A DNA stretch of 55,870 bases from a virus (Duplodnaviria; Heunggongvirae; Uroviricota; Caudoviricetes): positions 1 through 55,870 of IMG/VR virus record IMGVR_UViG_3300011399_000002. The stretch is one strand, 5' to 3'. Numbering within the stretch: the first letter of the stretch is position 1; each line of letters opens with the position of its first letter. Of the stretch, positions 1 through 8,155 are shown one piece after another. The position numbers were made by a program, and so were the translations under genes. Below the pieces are notes generated by a model. It ran no database searches. It saw only the letters and a program-made list of their open reading frames with translations, and had not been told where the DNA came from.

Positions 1-4
1 AGTA

Positions 5-3000
5 ATGGCTACACAAGGACCGAACTATCCCGCATCCGGCGCTACCCTAGCGAACGCCGGTACAAGTGAAAACGCCGAAGCATGGGTAAGCCCCGGTAAC
101 ATCACGTCCGATAACGGCACGTCTGCTTCTGTTACCGCTGCTACGTACGACAACAGCGACATCACCCAGTTGCTCGTTGCCTCAAACTTCGGGTTCTCTA
201 TCCCGGCTGGTTCTACTATCGACGGCATCACGGTCGAGGTTGACCGGAGCAACGCGGCTGGCGCTGCGCATACATTTCGTATTCAATTGGCAACTGGTAC
301 TACATTTGCCACCCTTGTTGGTGACAATAAAGGTGATGCGACCGACTGGCCCGCTTCTCTTGCTATCGCTACCTACGGTGGCGCGGCTGACAACTGGAAC
401 GCCGGTCTTACTGTCGCTCAGGTCAACGCTACTGGCTTCGCTGTCATGCTCTCGGCTCAGGCTGACGGCAACAACACCGACGTAGCGGTTGACTTCATCC
501 GGGTAACGATTAACTACACAATACCTTTAACTATCTCTTATGCCCAAGCACAGGCATTGATAAAAACTACCGTTAGAGGGCTTGCAGGTACCGTCGCAGT
601 AATTTCCGGCAACACAACGAGTGTTACAGAAACCTTCACAAGAAGCGAGACTGATAGTTGGGGCGGTGTATGGACCCGCCATTCAGGCACCGCATCAATG
701 CTAGATGTTAATGGCTCAGAGGGAACAATTACAACAACAGCGGGCGCTGATGATGTAAATGTTATCATAAAACCCGTATATCTCCGTGATACAAGTGTCT
801 TATTTAAGTTTAAATCAACAAGCCCTCCCGGTACAAACAGTAGTTTACGATTCTCTGTAAGAAGGGGAGAATCCACTGTTACCCTTTTTGGTTCATATGT
901 TTTTGGTATAGCCCTACAAACCGATGCATCAATTGATCTAACCTTAGATCATAATAACGGAACAATTGCTTTAGCAACACAGAATAACGTGGTTACTGGT
1001 TATGTAAGTAACACCTATTATCGGGTAAGGTTTGAAGTCTTTAACAACTTTAATAATACTCTTGTATATTCAAGAGCAAGAATTTGGGAAGATGGTACTG
1101 CGGAGCCCTCTTCTTGGAGTATCGAGGCAACTGACTCTTCCCTCACCGGAGTTGAAATTGCTCCCGGTCATGTGGGTCTTAGAGCCGTTAATGCAGCAAG
1201 TCAAACATGGACAATTGATGATGTACATATTAACCAATATATTTCTGCTGGGTACTCACAAGCACAAGCAGAGATAATAGTACCCTCTACTACCGGAAGA
1301 GGGTTTGCACAAGCCCAAAGTAGTATAAAGCAAATATACAATGTTCATGCACAGGCTCAAAGTCAAATAAAGCAAACTTATCCATTTGCTCCATATTACA
1401 GAGCCGCTGTAGGATTCACCCCGCTAAGAGGGTGGAGAGTAGGAGAAGCCTCAGGCTCAACTGCTGTTGAAATTACAGGCAATAATAACGGTACATATGT
1501 TGGTACCCCAACGCTGGGGGCAACAGGAATCATCGGTAATGGTGGAGATAAAGCAATTACCCTTGACGGATCAGGCTCATCTTATATCTCAACTACATGG
1601 GATGCTATGCCAGCACCACCGGCATCGATTACTGTATGGATAAAGCATAACGGTACTGACTTCACAATTGATACAACACTTGCTGGATCAGCACAGCCGG
1701 GTACTAAAGCATTCAGGCTTATGGCATTCGGTAATGGTGTAGATACGATTGAATTAGGTATTTATACAGAGCAGGGTAATGCTCACTACACTTGGACTCC
1801 AACAGACACTAACTGGCACTTACTTGCTGGTTCAATAGTTGCCATAGGAAACGAAGCCCACATATACTTCGACGGTGTAAGACAGGCATCTAATGGTGTA
1901 ACTTACGCTGGCGGTACCATGACAATTCCATTCCATATTGGTACAATGACTGATGCTGGAACAATAGGTTCTGAGTCATGGCCGGGTTCTATCGATGACG
2001 TATTTGTATATGATCGTGACCTAACAGATGCCGAGGTTCTTGAACTTTATAACACAGGATTCAGAGCAACACAGGGCGGAACTTTTGCTCAAAGTCAGGC
2101 TTGGATCGAGCAAACTTATCAAGGTTACGCACAAGCACAAGCATCTATTATTTCTACATTTACGCAACATGCTCAGGCACAAGCACAGATTAAGCAAATA
2201 TACCAAGGTTATTCACAGGCTCAATCTTGGATAGAGGTTACTGTTAATCGTCATGCACAGGCACAAGCAGACATAAAGCAGACATACTTTGGATTTTCTC
2301 AGGCTAACGCTTGGATAGAGCAGACTTACTTCGGTTTTGCGCAAGCAAATGCTTGGATAGAGCAAACATATAATGCCCATGCGCAAGCACAAGCACAAGT
2401 AAAGCGTGCGTATAGATCACACGCCCAAGCAAATGCTTGGATTAAGCAGACTTACCCACTATTTGGTTATACCCAAATACAAGATACATTTACTGAGTCA
2501 GTTAACACCCTTATTGAAAATCATACTGCGGACATTGGCGGCTCTTGGACCAAGGTGTCGGGTACCCTGACAGTAACCGCAAGTACGGATACATTACATA
2601 ATGAGACTTCAAATAACTCAGGATGGGCATATGTAACTAATGTTGATGTAGCAGATGCACATATCTCCTTTAATCCTATTGGGGATACTGCTGGAGATGT
2701 ATATTTTAGAATTATTGATACCAATAACTATTATAGAGTATCACTAGGGGGAAGCCCCTCTGCACCCTCTATATTTATTTATAGGATCACTGGCGGTAGT
2801 ACAACTCAAATCTTTTCCCACGTAGATTATCCTGCTGTTGGGGGTACGTATACTTTCCATATTTGGGTATCTGGAATAAGCCCTACAGCAATAAAGGCAA
2901 GAATTAACGGAACAACTGGAAATACAAGCACTTCTTGGCAAGCCGAAATAACTGACAATACAGCGGAAAATCAGATAATCGAGGGTAAGGTTGGAGTATT

Positions 3001-5188
3001 CCTAGCAAATAACGTTGCTGGTGACGATACAATCGATAACTTCCTTGTAGTAAAGGAAATTATTACAGGTCCGTTCGGACAAGTTGCTGCGAGAATTAAG
3101 GGAAATCCTAATAAATCTGCACAAGCGCAAGCAAGAATTAAGGCTACTAGTTACCAGTTTAGCCAAGCACAAGCCAAGATTAAGACAACTCGCGTACACG
3201 CACAAGCACAAGGCTGGATCGAGCAAACATATTTTGTACACAGTCAGGCTCAGGCTTGGATAGAACAGACATATAATGGCTTTGCTCAGAGTCAGGCTTG
3301 GATAGAAGTCACCGTAAATAACCACGCGCAAGCGCAAGCGTGGATAGAGCAGACGTACAATGGATTTGCCCAAAGCCAAGCATGGATAGAGCAAACCTAT
3401 AATTCATTTGCGCAAGCACAGGCCAATATTGAACAGACATACAATGCGTTTGCTCAGGCACAAGCATCGATTGCTAAAACTTCACAGGTATATGCTCAGG
3501 CAAATGCTTGGATAGAGCAAACTTATAACGCATTTGCTCAGGGTCAAGCGTGGATTGAAAACACTTACTTTGGTCATGCTCAGGGTCAAGCATGGATTGA
3601 AGCAACATACAATCAACATGCTCAGGCTCAGGGTACAATAAAGACAACATACCAAGCATATGCTCAGGCCCAAGCAAAGATCAATACAACTAGGGTTCAC
3701 TCACAAGCCAACGCTTGGATCGAGAATACCTACTTCGGACACAGCCAAGCCAACGCTTGGATCGAAGCAACGTATTATGGTCACGCACAAGCGCAAGCAA
3801 ATATTGAGAACACATACAATGCACATGCCCAAGCACAGGGCTGGATCGAGCAGACCTATAATCAATTTGCCCAAGCGGGAGCATGGGTTGAAACAACATA
3901 CAATCAATTCGCTCAGGCACAAGGCTGGATTGAACAAGCATATAATCAGCACGCTAATGCTCAGGCATGGATTGAACAAACATATCAAGGCTATGCACAG
4001 GGCGCAGCATGGATTAGGGACACATATGTAGGTTGCGCACAGGCACAAACATGGATCAAGGCTACATACTTTGGACATTCACAAGTCCAAGCAAAGATTA
4101 ACGCTTACGGTGTTAATCAACATGCTCAGGCTAATGCTGCAATAGGCGGTCAAAGTCTAGGACATTCGCAAGCACAGGCTAAGATAAATGCATTCGGAGT
4201 ACAGGGTTACGGTCAAGCACAGGGCTGGATTGAAACTACTTACTTTGGATTCGCTCAGGCACAAGCAAACATCGAGCAGACTTATAATGTACACGCACAA
4301 GCACAGGGTTGGATAGAGGCTACATACTTCGGTCATTCCCAGTCTAATGCTTGGATCGAGGCTACATACAATGCCTGTGGAAATGCGCAAGCATGGATCA
4401 AGAATTCTTATCAGGGGTACTCACAGGCCCAAGCGGATATTAAAGCCGTCTACGTGGCTTGTGGACAGGCTCAGGGCATCGTGGGGGCACGTTCACAAGG
4501 ATGCGGACAGGCACAAGGAACCATTAAGTCTGTAACTACATCTTGTGGACAAGCGCAAGGCACAATCGAACAAACTTATAATGCTCATGCACAATCTCAG
4601 GGTTGGATTGAAGCCACGTATCAAGGTTATGCACAGGCTAATGCCTACATAAAGATCGCTGATATTGAGGGCTTCGCACAAGCACAAGCAGCAATCAAAG
4701 CAACCATAAATTCTTGTGGACAGTCACAAGGACAAATAAAGCAAATCTACTTTGGACACGCACAAGCCCAAGGTTGGATAGAAACAACAGTTATTAATGT
4801 AGCACAGGCACAAGGTACCATCTCCTCTGCTTATCAAGCATACGCACAAGCAGAGGCAGTAATACTTTCAGGTAGAGCGGGATACGCGCAAGCCCAAGCA
4901 CTCATTAAGGTTATAGACATTAATGCATGTGCACAAGCCCAAGCAGTTGTCATAAAGGCCGCAGGATATGGACAAGCACAAGGATATATCCGAATTGTTC
5001 ACTTCTTAGATGATGTAAATGTATCCGATGGAATTAGAATCACACTCAACCTATCTGATAGAAAGACAGTAACACCAGTGCTAACAGATGAAAATCAATT
5101 GACAATCAATCTGAGAGATTCGGGCTTAACACTCAATCTCTCAGATATCAAAACTCTGACTATGCAGTTAGACGATAACAACTACTAG
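5..5188 (+). CDS. Large virion fibre/adhesin: 14-aa AQAQA-repeat scaffold with an N-terminal beta-rich domain, two inserted beta-sandwich domains and a LamG/ConA-like domain
   Basis: 1727-aa ORF. LamG-like segment GWRVGEASGS...ITVWIK...NWHLLAGS...IYFDG...GSIDDVFVYDRDLTDAEVLELY. About 55-60 copies of the AQAQAWIEQTYNxF-type repeat. Confidence 0.75.
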   Translation: MATQGPNYPASGATLANAGTSENAEAWVSPGNITSDNGTSASVTAATYDNSDITQLLVASNFGFSIPAGSTIDGITVEVDRSNAAGAAHTFRIQLATGTTFATLVGDNKGDATDWPASLAIATYGGAADNWNAGLTVAQVNATGFAVMLSAQADGNNTDVAVDFIRVTINYTIPLTISYAQAQALIKTTVRGLAGTVAVISGNTTSVTETFTRSETDSWGGVWTRHSGTASMLDVNGSEGTITTTAGADDVNVIIKPVYLRDTSVLFKFKSTSPPGTNSSLRFSVRRGESTVTLFGSYVFGIALQTDASIDLTLDHNNGTIALATQNNVVTGYVSNTYYRVRFEVFNNFNNTLVYSRARIWEDGTAEPSSWSIEATDSSLTGVEIAPGHVGLRAVNAASQTWTIDDVHINQYISAGYSQAQAEIIVPSTTGRGFAQAQSSIKQIYNVHAQAQSQIKQTYPFAPYYRAAVGFTPLRGWRVGEASGSTAVEITGNNNGTYVGTPTLGATGIIGNGGDKAITLDGSGSSYISTTWDAMPAPPASITVWIKHNGTDFTIDTTLAGSAQPGTKAFRLMAFGNGVDTIELGIYTEQGNAHYTWTPTDTNWHLLAGSIVAIGNEAHIYFDGVRQASNGVTYAGGTMTIPFHIGTMTDAGTIGSESWPGSIDDVFVYDRDLTDAEVLELYNTGFRATQGGTFAQSQAWIEQTYQGYAQAQASIISTFTQHAQAQAQIKQIYQGYSQAQSWIEVTVNRHAQAQADIKQTYFGFSQANAWIEQTYFGFAQANAWIEQTYNAHAQAQAQVKRAYRSHAQANAWIKQTYPLFGYTQIQDTFTESVNTLIENHTADIGGSWTKVSGTLTVTASTDTLHNETSNNSGWAYVTNVDVADAHISFNPIGDTAGDVYFRIIDTNNYYRVSLGGSPSAPSIFIYRITGGSTTQIFSHVDYPAVGGTYTFHIWVSGISPTAIKARINGTTGNTSTSWQAEITDNTAENQIIEGKVGVFLANNVAGDDTIDNFLVVKEIITGPFGQVAARIKGNPNKSAQAQARIKATSYQFSQAQAKIKTTRVHAQAQGWIEQTYFVHSQAQAWIEQTYNGFAQSQAWIEVTVNNHAQAQAWIEQTYNGFAQSQAWIEQTYNSFAQAQANIEQTYNAFAQAQASIAKTSQVYAQANAWIEQTYNAFAQGQAWIENTYFGHAQGQAWIEATYNQHAQAQGTIKTTYQAYAQAQAKINTTRVHSQANAWIENTYFGHSQANAWIEATYYGHAQAQANIENTYNAHAQAQGWIEQTYNQFAQAGAWVETTYNQFAQAQGWIEQAYNQHANAQAWIEQTYQGYAQGAAWIRDTYVGCAQAQTWIKATYFGHSQVQAKINAYGVNQHAQANAAIGGQSLGHSQAQAKINAFGVQGYGQAQGWIETTYFGFAQAQANIEQTYNVHAQAQGWIEATYFGHSQSNAWIEATYNACGNAQAWIKNSYQGYSQAQADIKAVYVACGQAQGIVGARSQGCGQAQGTIKSVTTSCGQAQGTIEQTYNAHAQSQGWIEATYQGYAQANAYIKIADIEGFAQAQAAIKATINSCGQSQGQIKQIYFGHAQAQGWIETTVINVAQAQGTISSAYQAYAQAEAVILSGRAGYAQAQALIKVIDINACAQAQAVVIKAAGYGQAQGYIRIVHFLDDVNVSDGIRITLNLSDRKTVTPVLTDENQLTINLRDSGLTLNLSDIKTLTMQLDDNNY
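2087..2464 (+). repeat. Coding tandem repeat, 9 x 42 nt (14 aa)
   Basis: Nine consecutive units from AQSQAWIEQTYQGY to AQANAWIKQTYPLF. Confidence 0.9.
3077..5002 (+). repeat. Coding tandem repeat, about 46 x 42 nt (14 aa)
   Basis: Near-continuous 14-aa period (A/S/G)Q(A/S/G)(Q/N)AWIE(Q/A)TY(N/F)x(F/H/Y). Confidence 0.9.
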
Positions 5189-5201
5189 GTGGTGAATTAG
5201 C

Positions 5202-5495
5202 TTGGCAAAACCGCATCGATATGTCTTAGGAAGTGTTCCAGAGATAGACTTAGAATTCCTTGATACCGATGATGAAGCATTTACACCGGGCGAAGTAAGG
5301 TTAAGCATTAAAGAACCATCTGGTACAATTATTACCTACTCTGGTGCTGACCTAACACAGGGCTCAGGTTATATGTACGTCCTGTACAGACCCCCTACAA
5401 TTGGATACTACGAGTACGAGGGCTGGGGCAAGGATGGAGCCGGAAGGGAGATAGCATCTACTGCCGGGTTTGAGGTATACGACAGAGTTTATTAG
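5202..5495 (+). CDS. Small Ig-like/beta-rich virion accessory protein (possible partner of the fibre)
   Basis: 97-aa TTG-start ORF with AGGTGG SD, directly after the fibre gene; beta-strand pattern VRLSIKEPSG...YEYEGWG. Confidence 0.6.
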   Translation: MAKPHRYVLGSVPEIDLEFLDTDDEAFTPGEVRLSIKEPSGTIITYSGADLTQGSGYMYVLYRPPTIGYYEYEGWGKDGAGREIASTAGFEVYDRVY

Positions 5496-5501
5496 ACCGA
5501 C

Positions 5502-5531
5502 TTGAACTTGATACAGGCCATCTGATATGAT
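5502..5531 (+). promoter_or_regulatory. Sigma70-type promoter driving the ncRNA/tRNA array
   Basis: TTGAAC-18 nt-TATGAT with extended TGn; shares the gACTTGAacTT context with other copies in the window. Confidence 0.65.
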
Positions 5532-5537
5532 GGCATC

Positions 5538-5638
5538 AGCCAGTACGGACAAGGCTTTGGCGGGTAATCGGATCACGTAATCTTAGGGGTTTGATTACGG
5601 GAACGAAAATCCCGGTGGGTAGCGAGTGGTAACTGGCT
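5538..5638 (+). ncRNA. Candidate structured ncRNA A (about 100 nt)
   Basis: Starts at the predicted TSS. Terminal helix AGCCAGUAC/GUAACUGGCU with one bulged A; internal hairpins CGUAAUC/GAUUACG and GGGA/UCCC; no ORF. Confidence 0.5.
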
Positions 5639-5642
5639 AAAA

Positions 5643-5875
5643 GCTTCTGATATGCGGACTTTCATTCCTTCATACTGATATCATATACGAACGTCTGTGA
5701 CACTATAAGCGGTGCATAATGCTCTTCACATTGACTAGTCATGTGCAATCATTCACTCCCGGCTGGAAACGTAAGTTACAAGTAGTTTCCCTGTGAGGTC
5801 ACTGAGAGGTCAAGGTTTTAGCGACGGCTGACGATTTTGTTTTCTGGCCGGAAAACAAAGGCGCATATCAGAAGC
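5643..5875 (+). ncRNA. Candidate structured ncRNA B (233 nt)
   Basis: Perfect 14-bp closing helix GCTTCTGATATGCG (5643-5656) / CGCATATCAGAAGC (5862-5875); internal hairpins at 5727-5745, 5765-5790 and 5836-5859. Confidence 0.6.
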
Positions 5876-5884
5876 ATTTATTAT

Positions 5885-5961
5885 GGCTCCGTATCCCAAT
5901 CGGCAGAGGAAACTGACTTAAAATCAGTCAAGTGTCGGTTCGAATCCGACTGGAGCTACCA
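5885..5961 (+). tRNA. trnL: tRNA-Leu(UAA), short variable loop
   Basis: Cloverleaf: GGCTCCG/TGGAGCT, anticodon arm ACTGA-CTTAAAA-TCAGT, T-loop TTCGAAT, A73-CCA. Confidence 0.93.
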
Positions 5962-5988
5962 ATTCCTTTGGACAGGAAGTGAAATTAT

Positions 5989-6195
5989 ATGGCACCTTTA
6001 GAAGTGTACTGCAAAGAAATACTGCACTCAGGGTGCGCGCTCGTACAGGGCAAGCACTCATGGGAAGAGTGCGATGCAAAGTATGTTTACGAACGTATCG
6101 CTGTCAAGCACCAAACAACATTAAAGGGTTTGGGTCTTGCTATCGGTACGTGGGTTGACGCAAATCGATATGAGTTAAAAGAAAAAGGTAAGTAA
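5989..6195 (+). CDS. Hypothetical protein
   Basis: 68-aa ORF filling the gap between two tRNAs. Confidence 0.55.
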   Translation: MAPLEVYCKEILHSGCALVQGKHSWEECDAKYVYERIAVKHQTTLKGLGLAIGTWVDANRYELKEKGK

Positions 6196-6199
6196 TCGT

Positions 6200-6277
6200 G
6201 GGCCGGTGATGTAATTTGGTAAACGTGTCGCTCTCAAACAGCGAATTTTGTGGGTTCGAATCCCACCCGGCCTACCA
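6200..6277 (+). tRNA. trnL: tRNA-Leu(CAA), short variable loop
   Basis: GGGCCGG/CCGGCCT, TCGCT-CTCAAAC-AGCGA, TTCGAAT, A73-CCA. Confidence 0.93.
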
Positions 6278-6282
6278 AATTT

Positions 6283-6360
6283 GGCGACGTAGCCCAACTG
6301 GCAGGAGGCGTATGCCTTAGGAGCATAACAGTGAGAGTTCGAATCTCTCCGTCGCTACCA
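6283..6360 (+). tRNA. trnL: tRNA-Leu(UAG), short variable loop
   Basis: GGCGACG/CGTCGCT, TATGC-CTTAGGA-GCATA, TTCGAAT, A73-CCA. Confidence 0.93.
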
Positions 6361-6375
6361 AATTTTAGGAGAGTA

Positions 6376-6564
6376 ATGCGTAGAATAGTATTGCTTGCTA
6401 TGTTATTTGCTATAGCAGGTTGTGGCTCTGGTGCTACAAAGGGCGCACAAATAGCACCCTTTAAGGACAGTGACCTAACAGATTGTATATCTGTTACAAT
6501 GGACTATGTAAACTACGAGCAATATAACGGTATCTACTGTAGAGCAAATTTAGAGATTCCCTGA
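6376..6564 (+). CDS. Small lipoprotein
   Basis: Start re-set to ATG 6376 (SD AGGAG); signal peptide MRRIVLLAMLFAIAG-C with lipobox. Confidence 0.7.
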   Translation: MRRIVLLAMLFAIAGCGSGATKGAQIAPFKDSDLTDCISVTMDYVNYEQYNGIYCRANLEIP

Positions 6565-6565
6565 C

Positions 6566-6595
6566 TTGACCTTCTGGTGGTCAGTAAGGTATGAT
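6566..6595 (+). promoter_or_regulatory. Sigma70-type promoter inside the tRNA array
   Basis: TTGACC-18 nt-TATGAT, same gACTTGAccTT context. Confidence 0.55.
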
Positions 6596-6647
6596 TGATT
6601 CCGACAGTCGGAAGACAGAGGTGATACAATGGTAAACGTAACCGAAG

Positions 6648-6848
6648 ATGGGATACGAGGTTGCTCTTAGTCCTCTCTTTATAAAGACATTGTATCGCAG
6701 ATTAATTCGTGCAGGGTATACACCAAAAGAAGCCGGAAATCTGGTTGCTAAAGTAATGGGTCTAGTTGCCTCAGAGAAGGGATGGACTGTTAAGCAATTA
6801 ACTGATCTTCTATTTCTACAGTATATAGATAAAAACCAAGAAAAATAA
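6648..6848 (+). CDS. Hypothetical protein (true start may be ATG 6629 in another frame)
   Basis: 66-aa helical ORF; the best SD (GAGGTG) precedes an out-of-frame ATG at 6629. Confidence 0.55.
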   Translation: MGYEVALSPLFIKTLYRRLIRAGYTPKEAGNLVAKVMGLVASEKGWTVKQLTDLLFLQYIDKNQEK

Positions 6849-6855
6849 TTCTCAC

Positions 6856-6930
6856 CCGCCCGTAACTTAATGGATAAAGTCTCGGAGTTCTAACCCGAAA
6901 ATGGGGGTTCGATTCCCTCCGGGCGGGCCA
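6856..6930 (+). tRNA. trnR: tRNA-Arg(UCU)
   Basis: CCGCCCG/CGGGCGG, TCGGA-GTTCTAA-CCCGA, TTCGATT, G73-CCA. Confidence 0.9.
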
Positions 6931-6949
6931 TTTTATTTAAGGAGTATCA

Positions 6950-7159
6950 ATGACAAAGGTAGCAGTTAGGGATGGACAGAAGGTTGTTCCTACTTGTCCT
7001 AAGTGTGAATGCAGACTAGAGAAACAAGCCAACGGCGATTATACTCACTTTATGAAGTGGGCTAACTGGATCGCTAAGGATGCAAGAGGTTGTTCTTGTA
7101 CTTTATTGTTCGAAAAGTTTGCTATCGTTGATAGAAAAGTAACTCTCGTTTGGGTATAG
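6950..7159 (+). CDS. Hypothetical Cys-rich (Zn-binding) protein
   Basis: 69 aa, SD AAGGAG, CPKC...CSC. Confidence 0.6.
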   Translation: MTKVAVRDGQKVVPTCPKCECRLEKQANGDYTHFMKWANWIAKDARGCSCTLLFEKFAIVDRKVTLVWV

Positions 7160-7198
7160 ACCCAAAAACAAGTAAAAACAAAGGTTAGTATTTGCCAT

Positions 7199-7273
7199 CT
7201 AGGTGTGGTGTAGCGGTAGCACTTCACGTTTGGGACGTGACGGTCGAAGGTTCGAATCCTTTCACCTAGACCA
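7199..7273 (+). tRNA. trnP: tRNA-Pro(UGG)
   Basis: CTAGGTG/CACCTAG, TCACG-TTTGGGA-CGTGA, A73-CCA. Confidence 0.93.
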
Positions 7274-7293
7274 TTTTTACTTGGGAGTCTAAA

Positions 7294-7701
7294 ATGAATT
7301 AGAAAAAGAGAATGAGAAATAAAGATATTTTTAGAGCAGCAATTGGGAGTGGACACTTTCCTCTGACATTCAATTTCGTATATAGAAGGGATGGAAGATT
7401 TATACAGTGTTACGGTTGTGGTAAATATGTCTACTATAGGCAGATTACGCGCGACCATGTGTACCCTAAAAGTAAGGGCGGGCAACTAAAGGCTCCTGCA
7501 TGTATTGATTGTAATATCAAAAAAGAAAACATGCTACCCATTGAATGGGCCATTTACGCTCATAAGCATAACTTGGATGCCGCTACAATCCCTCTTGGGG
7601 CAGAGTACCTACAAGAGTATGTTGATATGCTGCCAAGTAAGCATGAAATGTATATAAACTTCGCTCAACTCTTTGAGCAAATTATTGCCGGTGTAGCATA
7701 A
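7294..7701 (+). CDS. HNH endonuclease; SD-linked ATG 7294 is followed by in-frame TAG at codon 3 (alternative start ATG 7312)
   Basis: CYGCG...TRDHVYPKSKGG...ACIDCNIKK is an HNH signature. GGGAG-6 nt-ATG AAT TAG AAA AAG AGA ATG is in frame with the 129-aa ORF. Confidence 0.8.
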
Positions 7702-7761
7702 TGGTTAATGTTACAGTCTTCCAAACTGTAGATGTGGGTTCGATTCCCATCACCGGCTCCA
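7687..7761 (+). tRNA. trnG: tRNA-Gly(UCC)
   Basis: GCCGGTG/CACCGGC, ACAGT-CTTCCAA-ACTGT, U73-CCA; its first 15 nt overlap the 3' end of the HNH ORF. Confidence 0.93.
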
Positions 7762-7787
7762 TTTAATCATCAGGTGGTGAATATGAT

Positions 7788-8150
7788 TTGGCAGAACACG
7801 TAACAGTATTTCCATTAAAGGCTAGAACAACAGCACAAACCAGTTCTATTATTGAGAACGACGAAGGCGCAGAGGGTTTAGTTGTAGTTATCGATTGTAC
7901 AGCAGTCGCAGACACTCCTTCTGTTACATTTACAATTCAAGGTTACGATACTACGTCATCTAAAGCCTATACTATTTTAGCATCGGCTGCTATTACAGGC
8001 ACAGGCACAACTGTATTGAGGGTTCATCCCGCATTAACAGCAGCAACAAACACTATAGCAAAAGACTTGTTACCTCGTTACTGGCGCGTAAGCGTAGCAG
8101 TAGCAGATGCAGACTCTATGACTTATAGTGTTGGGGCATCAATGGTTTAA
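7788..8150 (+). CDS. Small all-beta protein, possibly a virion decoration/jelly-roll protein
   Basis: 120 aa, Thr/Ala/Val-rich strands (GLVVVIDCTA, SVTFTIQG, RYWRVSV, TYSVGA). Confidence 0.55.
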   Translation: MAEHVTVFPLKARTTAQTSSIIENDEGAEGLVVVIDCTAVADTPSVTFTIQGYDTTSSKAYTILASAAITGTGTTVLRVHPALTAATNTIAKDLLPRYWRVSVAVADADSMTYSVGASMV

Positions 8151-8155
8151 TTCTA

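Noticed and set aside
3077-5002. CRISPR array or DGR variable/template repeats
   Set aside because: The 42-nt units are in-frame coding repeats with synonymous variation and no spacers. I saw no adenine-specific repeat pair and there is no reverse transcriptase or cas gene in the window.
5189-5201. GTG AAT TAG as a third codon-3 amber
   Set aside because: It is not in frame with the 5202 gene and read-through ends quickly at TGA.
5538-5875. tmRNA, RNase P RNA or YrlA Y-RNA
   Set aside because: No Ala-type acceptor with T-arm, no tag ORF, no GAGGAAAGUCC core and no TTCGA T-loop.
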